Notes: a model not told the origin generated them from the letters alone. Shown: positions 1 through 8,572, numbered from the stretch's first letter. The stretch: 32,000 nucleotides of DNA from an uncultured Chloroflexia bacterium (GCA_963718915.1 CAVRAI010000003.1:210001-242000); one strand, 5' to 3'. A program made the numbers and translations.

Positions 1-216
1 TGCTCTCAACTGAACCACGAAGAACTCTTCGATATCGTCGCTGACTATCGCTGCAAGGTCATTTCCTAATGACCTATGATGATACTAGAGGAGGTGCGTG
101 AGCTTGCCCGAAAGCATGGTTTCTGCGATCAGGGCTGTGGCGATGAAGAATACCCATCATGCGAAAATGACAGAGCTCTTATCAGCCGCGATATGAGCTG
201 GCTGCTTATGATCTAG
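1..216 (+). pseudogene. Decayed 3' remnant of a D12-class (Dam-like) N6-adenine DNA methyltransferase
   Basis: Stitching three frames gives, in order, ..EELFDIVADYRCKV (frame 1, 1-66), HFLMTYDDT (frame 3, 60-86), EEVRELARKHGFCDQ (frame 1, 88-132), IRAVAMKNTHHAKMTELL (frame 2, 128-181) and ISRDMSWLLMI* (frame 1, to 216). This mirrors the C-terminal block of Dam-type enzymes (..LISNHDT..TREWY..VRRSIS....KV.ELL..). Stops interrupt each frame (67-72, 99-101, 194-196). GC is visibly lower than the rest of the window. Recognition is by eye only. Confidence 0.45.
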
Positions 217-217
217 C

Positions 218-979
218 TCAGATCGGCTGCCACCATTTCTTTGGCCAGCGGTCGTGGCGCTCGGCGTCGAAGCGGAAGTAGACACCGGGCACGAGGAACG
301 AGAATGGCTCGGCATCGCCGACCAGCACGCGAGCCGCCCGCGACGAGACATCGCCCGCCAGTGGCTGGCAGGCGCCCAGCGGGATATCTAGTCGAATCTC
401 CTGGCGCGTCACCCAGGCATGCCATGGTTGCGCCGTCAGCGCGCGATCCTGCGGCACGGCGTACGCCAGCATCTCTTCGTAGCTGGCAAAACACTCCGCC
501 CACGGCCCCGTCGCCGGTCGGCCCTCACAAGCACGCAGCAGCGCGGCGAGGTCGGGCGCGGAGCCAGCGCCGGGATCAAGCGTCGCCAGCCATGCGCCAT
601 CGGGCCTCTGGCGGAGGTCAGCGGCGCGGGGCACGTGCATCGGCATCCCCTCGGAGAGGAAGCGCGCGCCCAGCGCCTGCGGCAGCCCGCTGACCGCGTT
701 GGTGAGAAAATAGATGCCGCGCTGGCCCGTCCGCGGATCGGAGACATAGAGCCGCCAGTTCGACTGAATCGGCGAGGGGAAGAGCCGCCGCAAGGGTCCG
801 GCGAGACGCGGGCCAAAGTGGCCGTGGCGATAGGTGAGGATCGAGACGAGCGCGTAACGCCCATCCGGCCCAATCCGTTGCAGGTCCAATCCCGGCGGCA
901 CAAGCGCCTCTATCTGTTCAGCGGGCACGAGATAGTTGGTGTAGATCACGTGCTGGATGTCACTGCGGAACGCCAGCAC
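218..979 (-). CDS. DUF2071 family protein (start uncertain)
   Basis: The ORF 218..1207 contains ..IQHVIYTNYLVPAEQIEALVPPGLDLQRIGPDGRYALVSILTYRH.. and a C-terminal ..FSFLVPGVYFRFD.., a layout typical of DUF2071 (COG3361). The only ATG (1207) would overlap the upstream membrane-protein gene by about 190 nt. GTG at 979 lies 35 nt after that gene's stop and gives a typical N-terminus. Confidence 0.6.
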   Translation of the reverse strand: MLAFRSDIQHVIYTNYLVPAEQIEALVPPGLDLQRIGPDGRYALVSILTYRHGHFGPRLAGPLRRLFPSPIQSNWRLYVSDPRTGQRGIYFLTNAVSGLPQALGARFLSEGMPMHVPRAADLRQRPDGAWLATLDPGAGSAPDLAALLRACEGRPATGPWAECFASYEEMLAYAVPQDRALTAQPWHAWVTRQEIRLDIPLGACQPLAGDVSSRAARVLVGDAEPFSFLVPGVYFRFDAERHDRWPKKWWQPI

Positions 980-1013
980 CGGCAGGAGTTCCGTCAGCGC
1001 GCGCAGAAAGCGG

Positions 1014-1796
1014 CTATTTGCCAGCGGATCGAGCAGCCAGGCGACGGCGCGGCGAGGGATAGCGCCACGGCATGTAGCGTCCCCATGCCGTCGTGGGCCG
1101 CGCCCGCCGCAAAACCAGCTCCGCCGCCAGCGCCAGCCAGAGCAGCAGCAGCACAAAGCTAACCGCGTTGCCCGCGCCGACGATCCACGCTGGAATGCCC
1201 GCGCCATCCGGGAGAGCGGCGAGCAGCGCCAGCGTTCCGAAGAGCGCCCAGAGCAGGCAGGAGAAGACCGTCATGCCGCGCGACCAGACACCTGCCTGCG
1301 CGAGACAGAGGCTCCAGAGATAAGCTGCCAGCGTGTAGCCAGCGCCACCGCCCGCCGCGATGATCGGGAAGATGGTCCGCTCGAAGCTGGCGTATGCCGC
1401 GAGGTTGCCGTGAGTCGCCAGCGCGATGCCAGCCGTGTCCCAGAGCGCCTGCCCAGTCTGGTCGGGGATGATGGCGCAGATCGTCACGAGCAGCGTCAGC
1501 CATGCCAGCGGGCGCGAAATCCACGGCGTCCGCAGCAGCGCCAGCGCCAGCAGCAGATTGCCCAGCGCGGTCAGTTGCCAGGGCAGCCAGCCGAGCCGCC
1601 AGAGCCACGGATGCGCCGCGACATACGCCATCCGCGCCGCAACGTCGCTCTCCAACCCGCCGGGTGTCCCTGGCAGCAGCAATGCCGCCATACTGAGCAT
1701 CGCCAGCCCGTGCAGGATGAAGGCGACGATCAGCGCGCGTTCCAGCCAGCGCCCGGAACGCGCCTGGACGACGCTGGCGGCGAGTGGTGGTGTCAC
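1014..1796 (-). CDS. Polytopic integral membrane protein, unknown function
   Basis: The ORF 1014..1970 encodes at least 6 hydrophobic segments rich in W/L/A (..HPWLWRLGWLPWQLTALGNLLLALALL.., ..VSFVLLLLWLALAAELVL..). The upstream part of the ORF overlaps the aminotransferase gene. GTG at 1796, 8 nt after the aminotransferase stop (1804-1806), is the first plausible start. Confidence 0.55.
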   Translation of the reverse strand: MTPPLAASVVQARSGRWLERALIVAFILHGLAMLSMAALLLPGTPGGLESDVAARMAYVAAHPWLWRLGWLPWQLTALGNLLLALALLRTPWISRPLAWLTLLVTICAIIPDQTGQALWDTAGIALATHGNLAAYASFERTIFPIIAAGGGAGYTLAAYLWSLCLAQAGVWSRGMTVFSCLLWALFGTLALLAALPDGAGIPAWIVGAGNAVSFVLLLLWLALAAELVLRRARPTTAWGRYMPWRYPSPRRRLAARSAGK

Positions 1797-1803
1797 AATG
1801 CGA

Positions 1804-3251
1804 TTACTCGACCGTGGGCACGGGAATACAGCCGACGGAGAGGCGCACGAAGTCGTCGCTATAGCCGAAGGCGCTCCCCGGCACGCCCGCGATGCCCGTC
1901 TTGCTGAAGAGCGAGAAGACATCTTCGCCCGGCCTGAGCTGGCTCCAGTTGTAGACGGTGCCGCCGTCATCGAGATTGATTTGCGCGAAGAGTTTGTGCC
2001 GCTCGTTCAGATCCTGCAACTGGCGCACGAGTCGCTCGCGACGTAGGCGATAGAGCGCGCGAATCCGCTCCTCGATCTCGGGATGCTCACCGAAGAGCCT
2101 GACGTAGGCCATGTAGCGTAGCTGCCAGTCGGCGGGCAGCGCGGCGCAGCCATTGGTCCAGCCGGGGCCAAGGTCGGCCGCCAGACCGGGATCGCCAAAG
2201 ACGACGAAACCGCAGCGGTCGCCGGTCAGCGTGTGGGTCTTGGAGAAGCTGCAGAAGAGCACACTCTGCCGCAGCACATCAGGATCACTGAAGATGGCCA
2301 TCCGCGCGCGGTCCTCGGCGGGTTCGCCCGTGCCGATATACGCCAGGTCGGCGGCGATCAGCACGTCGGGGGCGCTCTCCCGCAGCACAGCGCAGAGCGC
2401 GCGCAACTCGTCGGGCGTATAGGCGAAAGCGGTGGGATTGCTGCTGACGGTGAGGTAGAAGATACGGATGTCGGGGGCCTCGGCCAGGGCGGCGCGCAGC
2501 TCGTCCGGCGTCACCTTGAAGGCGTTCGTCGGCGCTGAGTATGCAGGCGATGGATGCGCAGGCCAAGGGACTGCGCCTGCCATTCGGGCACGTTGAAGCC
2601 GGGCGCGGGGAAGATCACTGCGGCGTTGAGCGCGTCGTAGCTATGCGCCAGGCTCCTGCGCTGTAACGCAGCATAGCCCTGGAAGAACTTGTTCAGGCCG
2701 TCGAGCGAACCAAGGCTGAGATGTATCTGGGCGGAGGACACGGTATAGCCCCAGACGCGCATCAAGTAGTCGGAGAGCATCTCGCGGAGCAGGGGATTGC
2801 CGACGCCATTCAGATCATACATGCGCATATCGACATGCCGGGCGAGCAACTGGCGCTCGAACGCCTCCATCTGGCGGCGTATCCAGCGATAGCGCTTGCC
2901 GGTCGCGGGAATGCCGTCGATTGGCTCGCGTGGCAGTGCCAGTCCCATATCATCGGCGAGGGTGACAAATTCCGCGCCGTCCTCGGTCGCGCTGATGCGG
3001 CGGACGTCTACGTCTCCGATCGTTCTGTTGACGATTTCGGTGGCCATCAGCTCGGGCGGAATCGCCAACTCGCGACACTGCGCCTCCAGGTCGGCAACCA
3101 TGCGCGCCATCACGCGAATAGGCGCGGCGCCCGCGTTCACCTTCGGGCGGGCGGCATCACACGCGGCGTCACGCAGCCGCACCACCTGCGCGCGCGCGCG
3201 CTCAGCGGCGGTAGCAGACATTGTCCTCAGACGTATCGGACTCACCAGCAA
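1804..3251 (-). pseudogene. Class I/II (fold-type I) PLP-dependent aminotransferase, interrupted by a frameshift
   Basis: Two overlapping ORFs in different frames (2511..3251 and 1804..2583) encode the N- and C-terminal halves of one aminotransferase. The N half ends ..VIFPAPGFNVPEWQAQSLGLRIH. The C half continues ..FKVTPDELRAAL..YLTVSSNPT..LFCSFSKTHTLTGDRCGF (SxSK PLP-lysine motif)..GVPGSAFG. The frame change must lie within 2511-2583. The start is uncertain (TTG 3251 or ATG 3221). Confidence 0.7.
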
Positions 3252-3615
3252 TGGTCGGCGCGGATGCGCTCACCGTGCTGGACGCCAATCGCGGACGCCG
3301 AAAGAAGGCATCCTCCATCATGCTGGACTCCTTTGTCCTGAATCGAGGAATTTCCCACAATCTGACACATCTGTCCGAGAAAAACGACGACACTTCCCCA
3401 GCAAAGTCTAGCACAGCCGCGCTATGCAACGTAAGTGCCAACGTCGCATGGAAGCGCCAGCCAGCGCCAGGCCAATGCTCAGCCCAACGCGCCATGCTGG
3501 CCATGGAATCGCCGATACATGCTGGCATCCTGATATACGGCGCATGGTATGCTATTTCGCGAAAGACTCTTCAGGCATCAGCTGAAGACATTCTGAGACA
3601 TCGGCAGGAATACCT

Positions 3616-5235
3616 ATGGCACGCCAAGCTCATACTCCAGGCGCTACCCCGGCCGCGTCGTCGGGACAACCGCGCGAGCGTTTCCCGTTCGATACGGTTC
3701 TCATCGCCAACCGCGGAGAGATTGCCCTGCGCGTCATCCGCGCCTGCCGCGACCTGGGACTACAATCGGTCGCGGTCTATAGCGACGCCGACCGCACAGC
3801 GACCCACGTGCGCCTGGCGGATGAGGCGGTCCATATCGGGGCGGCGCCCGCCTCCGAGAGCTACCTGAGCATCCCGAAGATTCTGGATGCGGCGCGCAAG
3901 ACTGGCGCGGGCGCGATCCACCCTGGCTATGGCTTTCTCTCAGAAAATCCCGACTTCGCCGACGCCTGCGCCGAGGCGGGATTCCGCTTCGTTGGGCCGC
4001 CGGGGAACATCATGCGCGAGATGGGTGAGAAGACCGCCGCCCGCCGGGTTGCGCGCGCGGCGGGTGTGCCCATCGTCCCTGGCTATGACACCGGGCTGGA
4101 CGATATCCGCGAGGCGTCGCGGCTGGCCGAGGAGATCGGCTACCCGATCATGATTAAGGCGGCGGCGGGCGGCGGCGGCAAGGGCATTCGCTTCGTCCAC
4201 CGTCCCGAAGACCTGGAATCATCGCTCCGTTTGGCCCGCAGCGAGGCGCAGGGCGCATTCGGCGATAGCAGCGTCTATATGGAGAAAGCGGTCATCCCGG
4301 CGCGGCATATCGAGGTGCAGATCTTCGGCGATACCCACGGCAACGTGATCCACCTGGGCGAACGCGAATGCTCGATCCAGCGGCGTCACCAGAAGCTGAT
4401 CGAAGAGTCGCCCTCGCCCGCGCTGAACGCGGAGTCGCGCGCGCGCTTCACCGAGGCGGCGGTGCGACTGGCGCGGGCGGTGGGCTACGTCAACGCTGGA
4501 ACCTGCGAGTTTCTGCTGGGGCCAGACGGCAGCTTCTACTTCCTCGAAGTCAACGCGCGCCTGCAGGTGGAACATCCCGTCACCGAGCTGGTCACCGGGC
4601 TGGACCTCGTGCGCGAGCAGTTGCGGGTGGCGGCGGGGCTGCCGCTGAGCGTCACCCAGGAGCAGATTGCGTTCCGTGGGCACGCCATCGAGGCACGCAT
4701 CACGGCGGAAGACCCGCTCAACCACTTCCTGCCCGCCTCGGGACGTGTGGCCGCGCTCCGCGATCCCGCTGGGCCGGGCGTGCGGCTGGATAGCGCGCTC
4801 TACGACGGCATGGACATCCCGCTCTATTATGATTCGCTGCTCTCGAAACTGATCTGCTGGGGTGAGGATCGCGCCGAGGCAATGGCCCGGCTGCGGCGCG
4901 CGCTCGACGAATACGTTATCGCCGGGGTGCGCACGACGATCCCGTTCGCCCGCTGGCTGCTCGATCAGCCGCGTTTCGCGGCGGGCGATTTCTCGACCGA
5001 CTTCATCGCCGAGACCTGGGACGCTGACGACGCGCTACGCCAGCCTGCCAGAGACAGTGATGGCGCGGGCGAGATACCGCTGGAGGAGATCGCGGCGCTG
5101 GCCGCTGCCCTGGCCGCGCAGGATGAGGGCACGGCAGCCGCTAGCCGGAAGCATCCCACTGGCGAGCGAGAAAGTGGCGATGGCAGCCGCTGGCGCGCGC
5201 TAGGCCGACGCGCGGCCCTTGGGGGCGGTTGGTAA
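3616..5235 (+). CDS. accC: Biotin carboxylase (acetyl/acyl-CoA carboxylase BC subunit) with a ~90-aa non-BCCP C-terminal tail
   Basis: Motifs seen: FDTVLIANRGEIALRVIRACRDLG; ATP-grasp loop IMIKAAAGGGGKGIRFV; EVNARLQVEHPVTE; and a BC C-domain ..AIEARITAEDP... The tail (residues ~450-539) is Ala/Glu/Gly-rich and has no (A/V)MKM biotinylation motif. Confidence 0.85.
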   Translation: MARQAHTPGATPAASSGQPRERFPFDTVLIANRGEIALRVIRACRDLGLQSVAVYSDADRTATHVRLADEAVHIGAAPASESYLSIPKILDAARKTGAGAIHPGYGFLSENPDFADACAEAGFRFVGPPGNIMREMGEKTAARRVARAAGVPIVPGYDTGLDDIREASRLAEEIGYPIMIKAAAGGGGKGIRFVHRPEDLESSLRLARSEAQGAFGDSSVYMEKAVIPARHIEVQIFGDTHGNVIHLGERECSIQRRHQKLIEESPSPALNAESRARFTEAAVRLARAVGYVNAGTCEFLLGPDGSFYFLEVNARLQVEHPVTELVTGLDLVREQLRVAAGLPLSVTQEQIAFRGHAIEARITAEDPLNHFLPASGRVAALRDPAGPGVRLDSALYDGMDIPLYYDSLLSKLICWGEDRAEAMARLRRALDEYVIAGVRTTIPFARWLLDQPRFAAGDFSTDFIAETWDADDALRQPARDSDGAGEIPLEEIAALAAALAAQDEGTAAASRKHPTGERESGDGSRWRALGRRAALGGGW

Positions 5236-5260
5236 AATCAGGGTACACATTGAGGAATCT

Positions 5261-5779
5261 ATGAGCGATACCGAACAAGAGCGAGATCGAACGCGAACCT
5301 ATAGCTGGGACGACCCAATGGAGACGGCGGCGAGATTCGCGGCGCAGGGTGGACTGGATGCCCTGCGCGCGGTGGTGGATGGCGAGATGCCGCTGGCTCC
5401 CATCTCAGCGACGATGAACTTCGCGCTGGTCGAGGTATCCGAGGGGCGCGCGGTCTTCGCGATGACGCCCGACGAATACCACTACAACCCCATCGGCGTT
5501 GTGCACGGTGGGGTGGCGGCAACGCTACTCGATTCGGCGATGGGCTGCGCGGTCAACTCGGCGCTGCCCGCGGGGACAAGCTATACCACACTGGAAATTA
5601 AGGTGAACTATCTGCGCCCGATGACGTCGACGACCGGGCCGGTGCGCGCCGAGGGCACGGTGATCCACCTGGGGCGGCGGATGGCCGTCGCCGAGGGGCG
5701 TCTCACTGACGGCGCGGGCAAACTTTACGCCACCGCCAGCACGACGTGTATCATCATGCCTCGCGATCAGTCGCGTTAG
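5261..5779 (+). CDS. PaaI-family hotdog-fold thioesterase
   Basis: Signature ..YHYNPIGVVHGGVAATLLDSAMGCAV.. and ..GRRMAVAEGRLTD..GKLYATASTTC. ATG 5261 is preceded by GAGGAA. The longer ORF from 5219 would overlap the accC stop (5233-5235). Confidence 0.8.
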   Translation: MSDTEQERDRTRTYSWDDPMETAARFAAQGGLDALRAVVDGEMPLAPISATMNFALVEVSEGRAVFAMTPDEYHYNPIGVVHGGVAATLLDSAMGCAVNSALPAGTSYTTLEIKVNYLRPMTSTTGPVRAEGTVIHLGRRMAVAEGRLTDGAGKLYATASTTCIIMPRDQSR

Positions 5780-6491
5780 CCTCAGCTGGCAGCGCGCAGT
5801 TGTCGCCCTCACAGACCGCCGCGTCCTCAGATGCTCCGATTACTTTGAGCAGTGGATGGCTCTCGGCCCACGCCTCTTCGAGCACCTGGAGGAGCATCTC
5901 GGCGGGCTGCGCGCCCGAGACCCCGTAGCGCTCATCCACGACAAAGAACGGGACACCGTTGATGCCAAGCATGCGCGCCCGTCGCTCATCCGCGCGCACG
6001 GCGTCGGCGAAGGCGTCACCATCAAGGGCGGCGCGCGCCTCATCGGCGTCGAGTCCCGCCTCAGCCGCCAGGCGCACCAGCGTCTCGGTCTCGCCGACGT
6101 TCTCGCCCTCGCTGAAATAGGCCGTCATTACCCGCTCTAGCACCGCGTTCTGCTGGCCCTTGCTGGCGGCGAGATGGATCAGGCGATGCGCCTTGACGGT
6201 GTTGGCGTGCCGCGCCTTCTCCAGATGGTACTCTAGCCCCTCGCCAGCGGCGATACCTGTCACGCGCGCATTCATCGCGGCGGCCTGCGCCAGACTCACG
6301 CCGTATTTCTCCGCGAGCATTTCGGTGACAGACTTCCCCGAATCTATCTGCGCGGTGGGGTCCAGCTCAAAGCTGCGATAGCTCACCTCGACATCGTCAC
6401 GATGCGGAAACTCGGAGAGCGCGGACTCGAAGCGGCGCTTGCCGATATAGCACCAGGGGCAGACAACATCCGACCAGATTTCAACCTTCAT
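5754..6491 (-). CDS. DsbA/FrnE-like thiol:disulfide oxidoreductase
   Basis: MKVEIWSDVVCPWCYIGKRRFE carries the CPWC thioredoxin-fold active site. The 245-aa length and ..GINGVPFFVVD.. are typical of the DsbA-FrnE family. ATG 6491 is preceded by GGAAAGAG. The 3' end overlaps the convergent thioesterase gene by 26 nt. Confidence 0.85.
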   Translation of the reverse strand: MKVEIWSDVVCPWCYIGKRRFESALSEFPHRDDVEVSYRSFELDPTAQIDSGKSVTEMLAEKYGVSLAQAAAMNARVTGIAAGEGLEYHLEKARHANTVKAHRLIHLAASKGQQNAVLERVMTAYFSEGENVGETETLVRLAAEAGLDADEARAALDGDAFADAVRADERRARMLGINGVPFFVVDERYGVSGAQPAEMLLQVLEEAWAESHPLLKVIGASEDAAVCEGDNCALPAEANATDREA

Positions 6492-6597
6492 GATACGCTC
6501 TTTCCTGCGAGAGATACGATTTCCATTACTTCCATAAGGGAAGTATTGCGCACCAAGGGGCGCTGTGTCAAGTTTGGCAGGCGACTGGTAGGACACA

Positions 6598-6676
6598 GGC
6601 CATAGCGTAAACGCTACGGCGAATGGGCTGATGATTCGGGCACGGAGATTCGCCGGGGCATGTATGCTCCGGCATG
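6598..6676 (+). repeat. Intergenic structured repeat, copy A
   Basis: GGCCATAGCGTAAACGCTACGGCGAAT (hairpin CC[A]TAGCGT/ACGCTACGG), then ..GATTCGCCGGGG..GCTCCGGCA. The same architecture recurs at 7536, 9579 and 19056. Confidence 0.75.
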
Positions 6677-6758
6677 GCCGTTGTGTGGGCCGCGCGCCGG
6701 ATGCCTGAAAATCTGGTATGGTGGAAGTGATGGTGTTCGAGCGTGCTAATAGGTCGCT

Positions 6759-7436
6759 GTGAAAGAGAGTGAAGGGCGCATTTTGGGATCGAGCAAAGAA
6801 AAGAGTGGCATCAAAGCGCCAAAATTGCCGAAGGTATTGCAGCCCGCGGAGCTGCCACGTGACATGCCCGCCTACGGCGAGACCTACTCACAGCTGGAAT
6901 ATCAACGACTGAACCTCGCCGACAGCGCCATCGAGCGCCTGCACTTCGAGACGGTCATCTTCACCCAGATGATCGCTACCGCCTCGCGATTCGAGCACCT
7001 CCGTCTCGAAGACGTGCGCCTCGCGGGCTGCAATCTCGCCAATGCGGCGTGGCCCAAGGCCTCGTGCGTCCGCGCCGAGTTCATCGGCTGCCGCATGACC
7101 GGATTCGCCACGCAGGAGGCGCTGTTCCGCGACACCATTTTCCGCGACTGCAAGCTGGATCTCGCCCAGTTCTATCAGGTGAAGATGCCCGGCGTGCGCT
7201 TCGAGGATTGTCCGCTCACCGGGACCGACTTTCGTATGTCGGATCTGAGTGGCGTGGCGTTCGTTCGCTGCGATCTCAGCAACACCGACTTTACCGGCGC
7301 GACACTCGCGGGCGCTGATCTGCGCGGCTGCCAGATTGACGGCATGCGCGCTGGCCCCGACGAACTGCGCGGCGCCATTGTAGATGAAGTGCAGGCGCTG
7401 GCGCTGGTCCGCGCGATGGGCATTACCGTCGAATAA
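6759..7436 (+). CDS. Pentapeptide-repeat protein, Qnr/MfpA-like
   Basis: There are continuous A(D/N)LxX-type pentapeptide repeats (..LAGCNLANAAWPKASCVRAEFIGCRMTGFATQEALFRDTIFRDCKLDLAQF..DLSGVAFVRCDLSNTDFTGATLAGADLRGCQIDG..). The C-terminal ..GAIVDEVQALALVRAMGITVE resembles the Qnr/MfpA terminal helix. The start is uncertain: GTG 6759, or ATG 6864 (190 aa, closer to MfpA size). Confidence 0.8.
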   Translation: MKESEGRILGSSKEKSGIKAPKLPKVLQPAELPRDMPAYGETYSQLEYQRLNLADSAIERLHFETVIFTQMIATASRFEHLRLEDVRLAGCNLANAAWPKASCVRAEFIGCRMTGFATQEALFRDTIFRDCKLDLAQFYQVKMPGVRFEDCPLTGTDFRMSDLSGVAFVRCDLSNTDFTGATLAGADLRGCQIDGMRAGPDELRGAIVDEVQALALVRAMGITVE

Positions 7437-7473
7437 CGCCGTGCCCAGCCATGTTGTAGTCACTTGCGACGCT

Positions 7474-7599
7474 GGCCGTAGCGTAATGTGGTTTTAGTAT
7501 TTGCAGCGGACACGGACATTGCGGTGGGGTGAGCAGGCCGTAGCGTAAACGCTACGGCGAATAGGGCGATTCATTCGCTGGGGTATTCATGCTCCGGCA
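7474..7599 (+). repeat. Intergenic structured repeat, copy B (upstream half-copy plus full core)
   Basis: GGCCGTAGCGTAATG at 7474. Full core GGCCGTAGCGTAAACGCTACGGCGAAT at 7536-7562, then ..CATTCGCTGGGG..GCTCCGGCA (to 7599). Confidence 0.75.
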
Positions 7600-7669
7600 A
7601 ATGTCCGCCATCTCAACAGTCCTGGTCCGAAACAATCGGCAGAAGCTTGCTTGAAGCGGAGGGAGTACC

Positions 7670-8572
7670 ATGGATCCACAGGAGCCAACCATCCCAGACG
7701 GCGCGCGTAACCTCAGCGGCGAGAGCCTGACCGCTGCCGTGCTCGCCAGCTTTTCCGACTGCGCCTCGGATCGCCTGTCGCAGATTATGGCCAGCCTCGT
7801 CAGGCATCTGCACGCATTTGTCGGCGAGGTGCGACTGACCGAAGACGAGTGGGCCAGCGGCATCGACTTTCTGACGCGCGTCGGCCATATCACGACCGAT
7901 CAGCGCCAGGAGTTCATCCTGCTCTCCGACGTGCTGGGAGTCTCGATGCAGGTGATTGGCATCAACCACCAGCGGCCCGCGGGCGCGACCGAATCCACCG
8001 TCTTCGGTCCGTTCTTCACCGCGAACTCTCCGCGCTTCGCCAACGGCGACGATATGGCCAATGGCGCTCCCGGTGAGCCCTGTTTCATGCACGGCTCCGT
8101 GCGCTCGCTGGACGGCACGCCGATCCCAGACGCGCGCATCGAGGTCTGGCAGGCGGATGATCTGGGACACTACGACGTGCAGTATGACGATCTCTCTGGC
8201 GCGCGGGGGCGCGGCCACCTGTTCAGCGAGGCGGACGGGCGCTATGCCTTCTGGTCGCTCCGGCCAACGGCCTACCCGATTCCCGACGATGGACCGGTGG
8301 GCGACCTGCTGGCCGCCACGCAGCGCAGCCCGATGCGTCCGGCGCACGTCCACTTTATGATTACGGCTCCCGGCTACCATTCGCTGGTGACGCACATCTT
8401 CGCCGAGGGCGATCACTATCTCGACACGGATGCCGTCTTCGGCGTCAAGTCGTCGCTGATTGTGCCCTTCGAGCAGCACGAAGCGGGCATCGCGCCAGAT
8501 GGAAGGCAGATGGACGGCCCCTTCTCCACCATGCGCTATGATTTCGTGCTTGCGCCCATAGCGGCGGGATAG
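7670..8572 (+). CDS. Intradiol ring-cleavage dioxygenase (catechol/hydroxyquinol 1,2-dioxygenase family)
   Basis: N-terminal dioxygenase_N-like ..LTEDEWASGIDFLTRVG..RQEFILLSDVLG... The core ..G.V....G.PIPDARIEVWQADD.G.Y.., ..GRYAFWSLRPTAYPIP.. and ..RPAHVHFMI.. carries the Tyr/His iron ligands. Confidence 0.85.
   Translation: MDPQEPTIPDGARNLSGESLTAAVLASFSDCASDRLSQIMASLVRHLHAFVGEVRLTEDEWASGIDFLTRVGHITTDQRQEFILLSDVLGVSMQVIGINHQRPAGATESTVFGPFFTANSPRFANGDDMANGAPGEPCFMHGSVRSLDGTPIPDARIEVWQADDLGHYDVQYDDLSGARGRGHLFSEADGRYAFWSLRPTAYPIPDDGPVGDLLAATQRSPMRPAHVHFMITAPGYHSLVTHIFAEGDHYLDTDAVFGVKSSLIVPFEQHEAGIAPDGRQMDGPFSTMRYDFVLAPIAAG

Noticed and set aside
3202-3528. A 108-codon minus-strand ORF and the 215-codon plus-strand ORF (3221..3868) in the aminotransferase/accC divergent intergenic region.
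   Set aside because: Most of both ORFs lie in lower-GC, promoter-like sequence with no motifs, and the plus ORF runs out of frame into accC. Only the last 39 codons of the minus ORF (from the SD-preceded ATG 3321) look potentially meaningful; they are discussed under the aminotransferase finding.
5754-5779. A 26-nt 3'-3' overlap of the convergent thioesterase and DsbA-like genes, considered as a possible antisense regulatory arrangement.
   Set aside because: Both C-termini are low-information tails and short convergent overlaps are common in compact high-GC genomes. Nothing in the sequence supports a specific mechanism.
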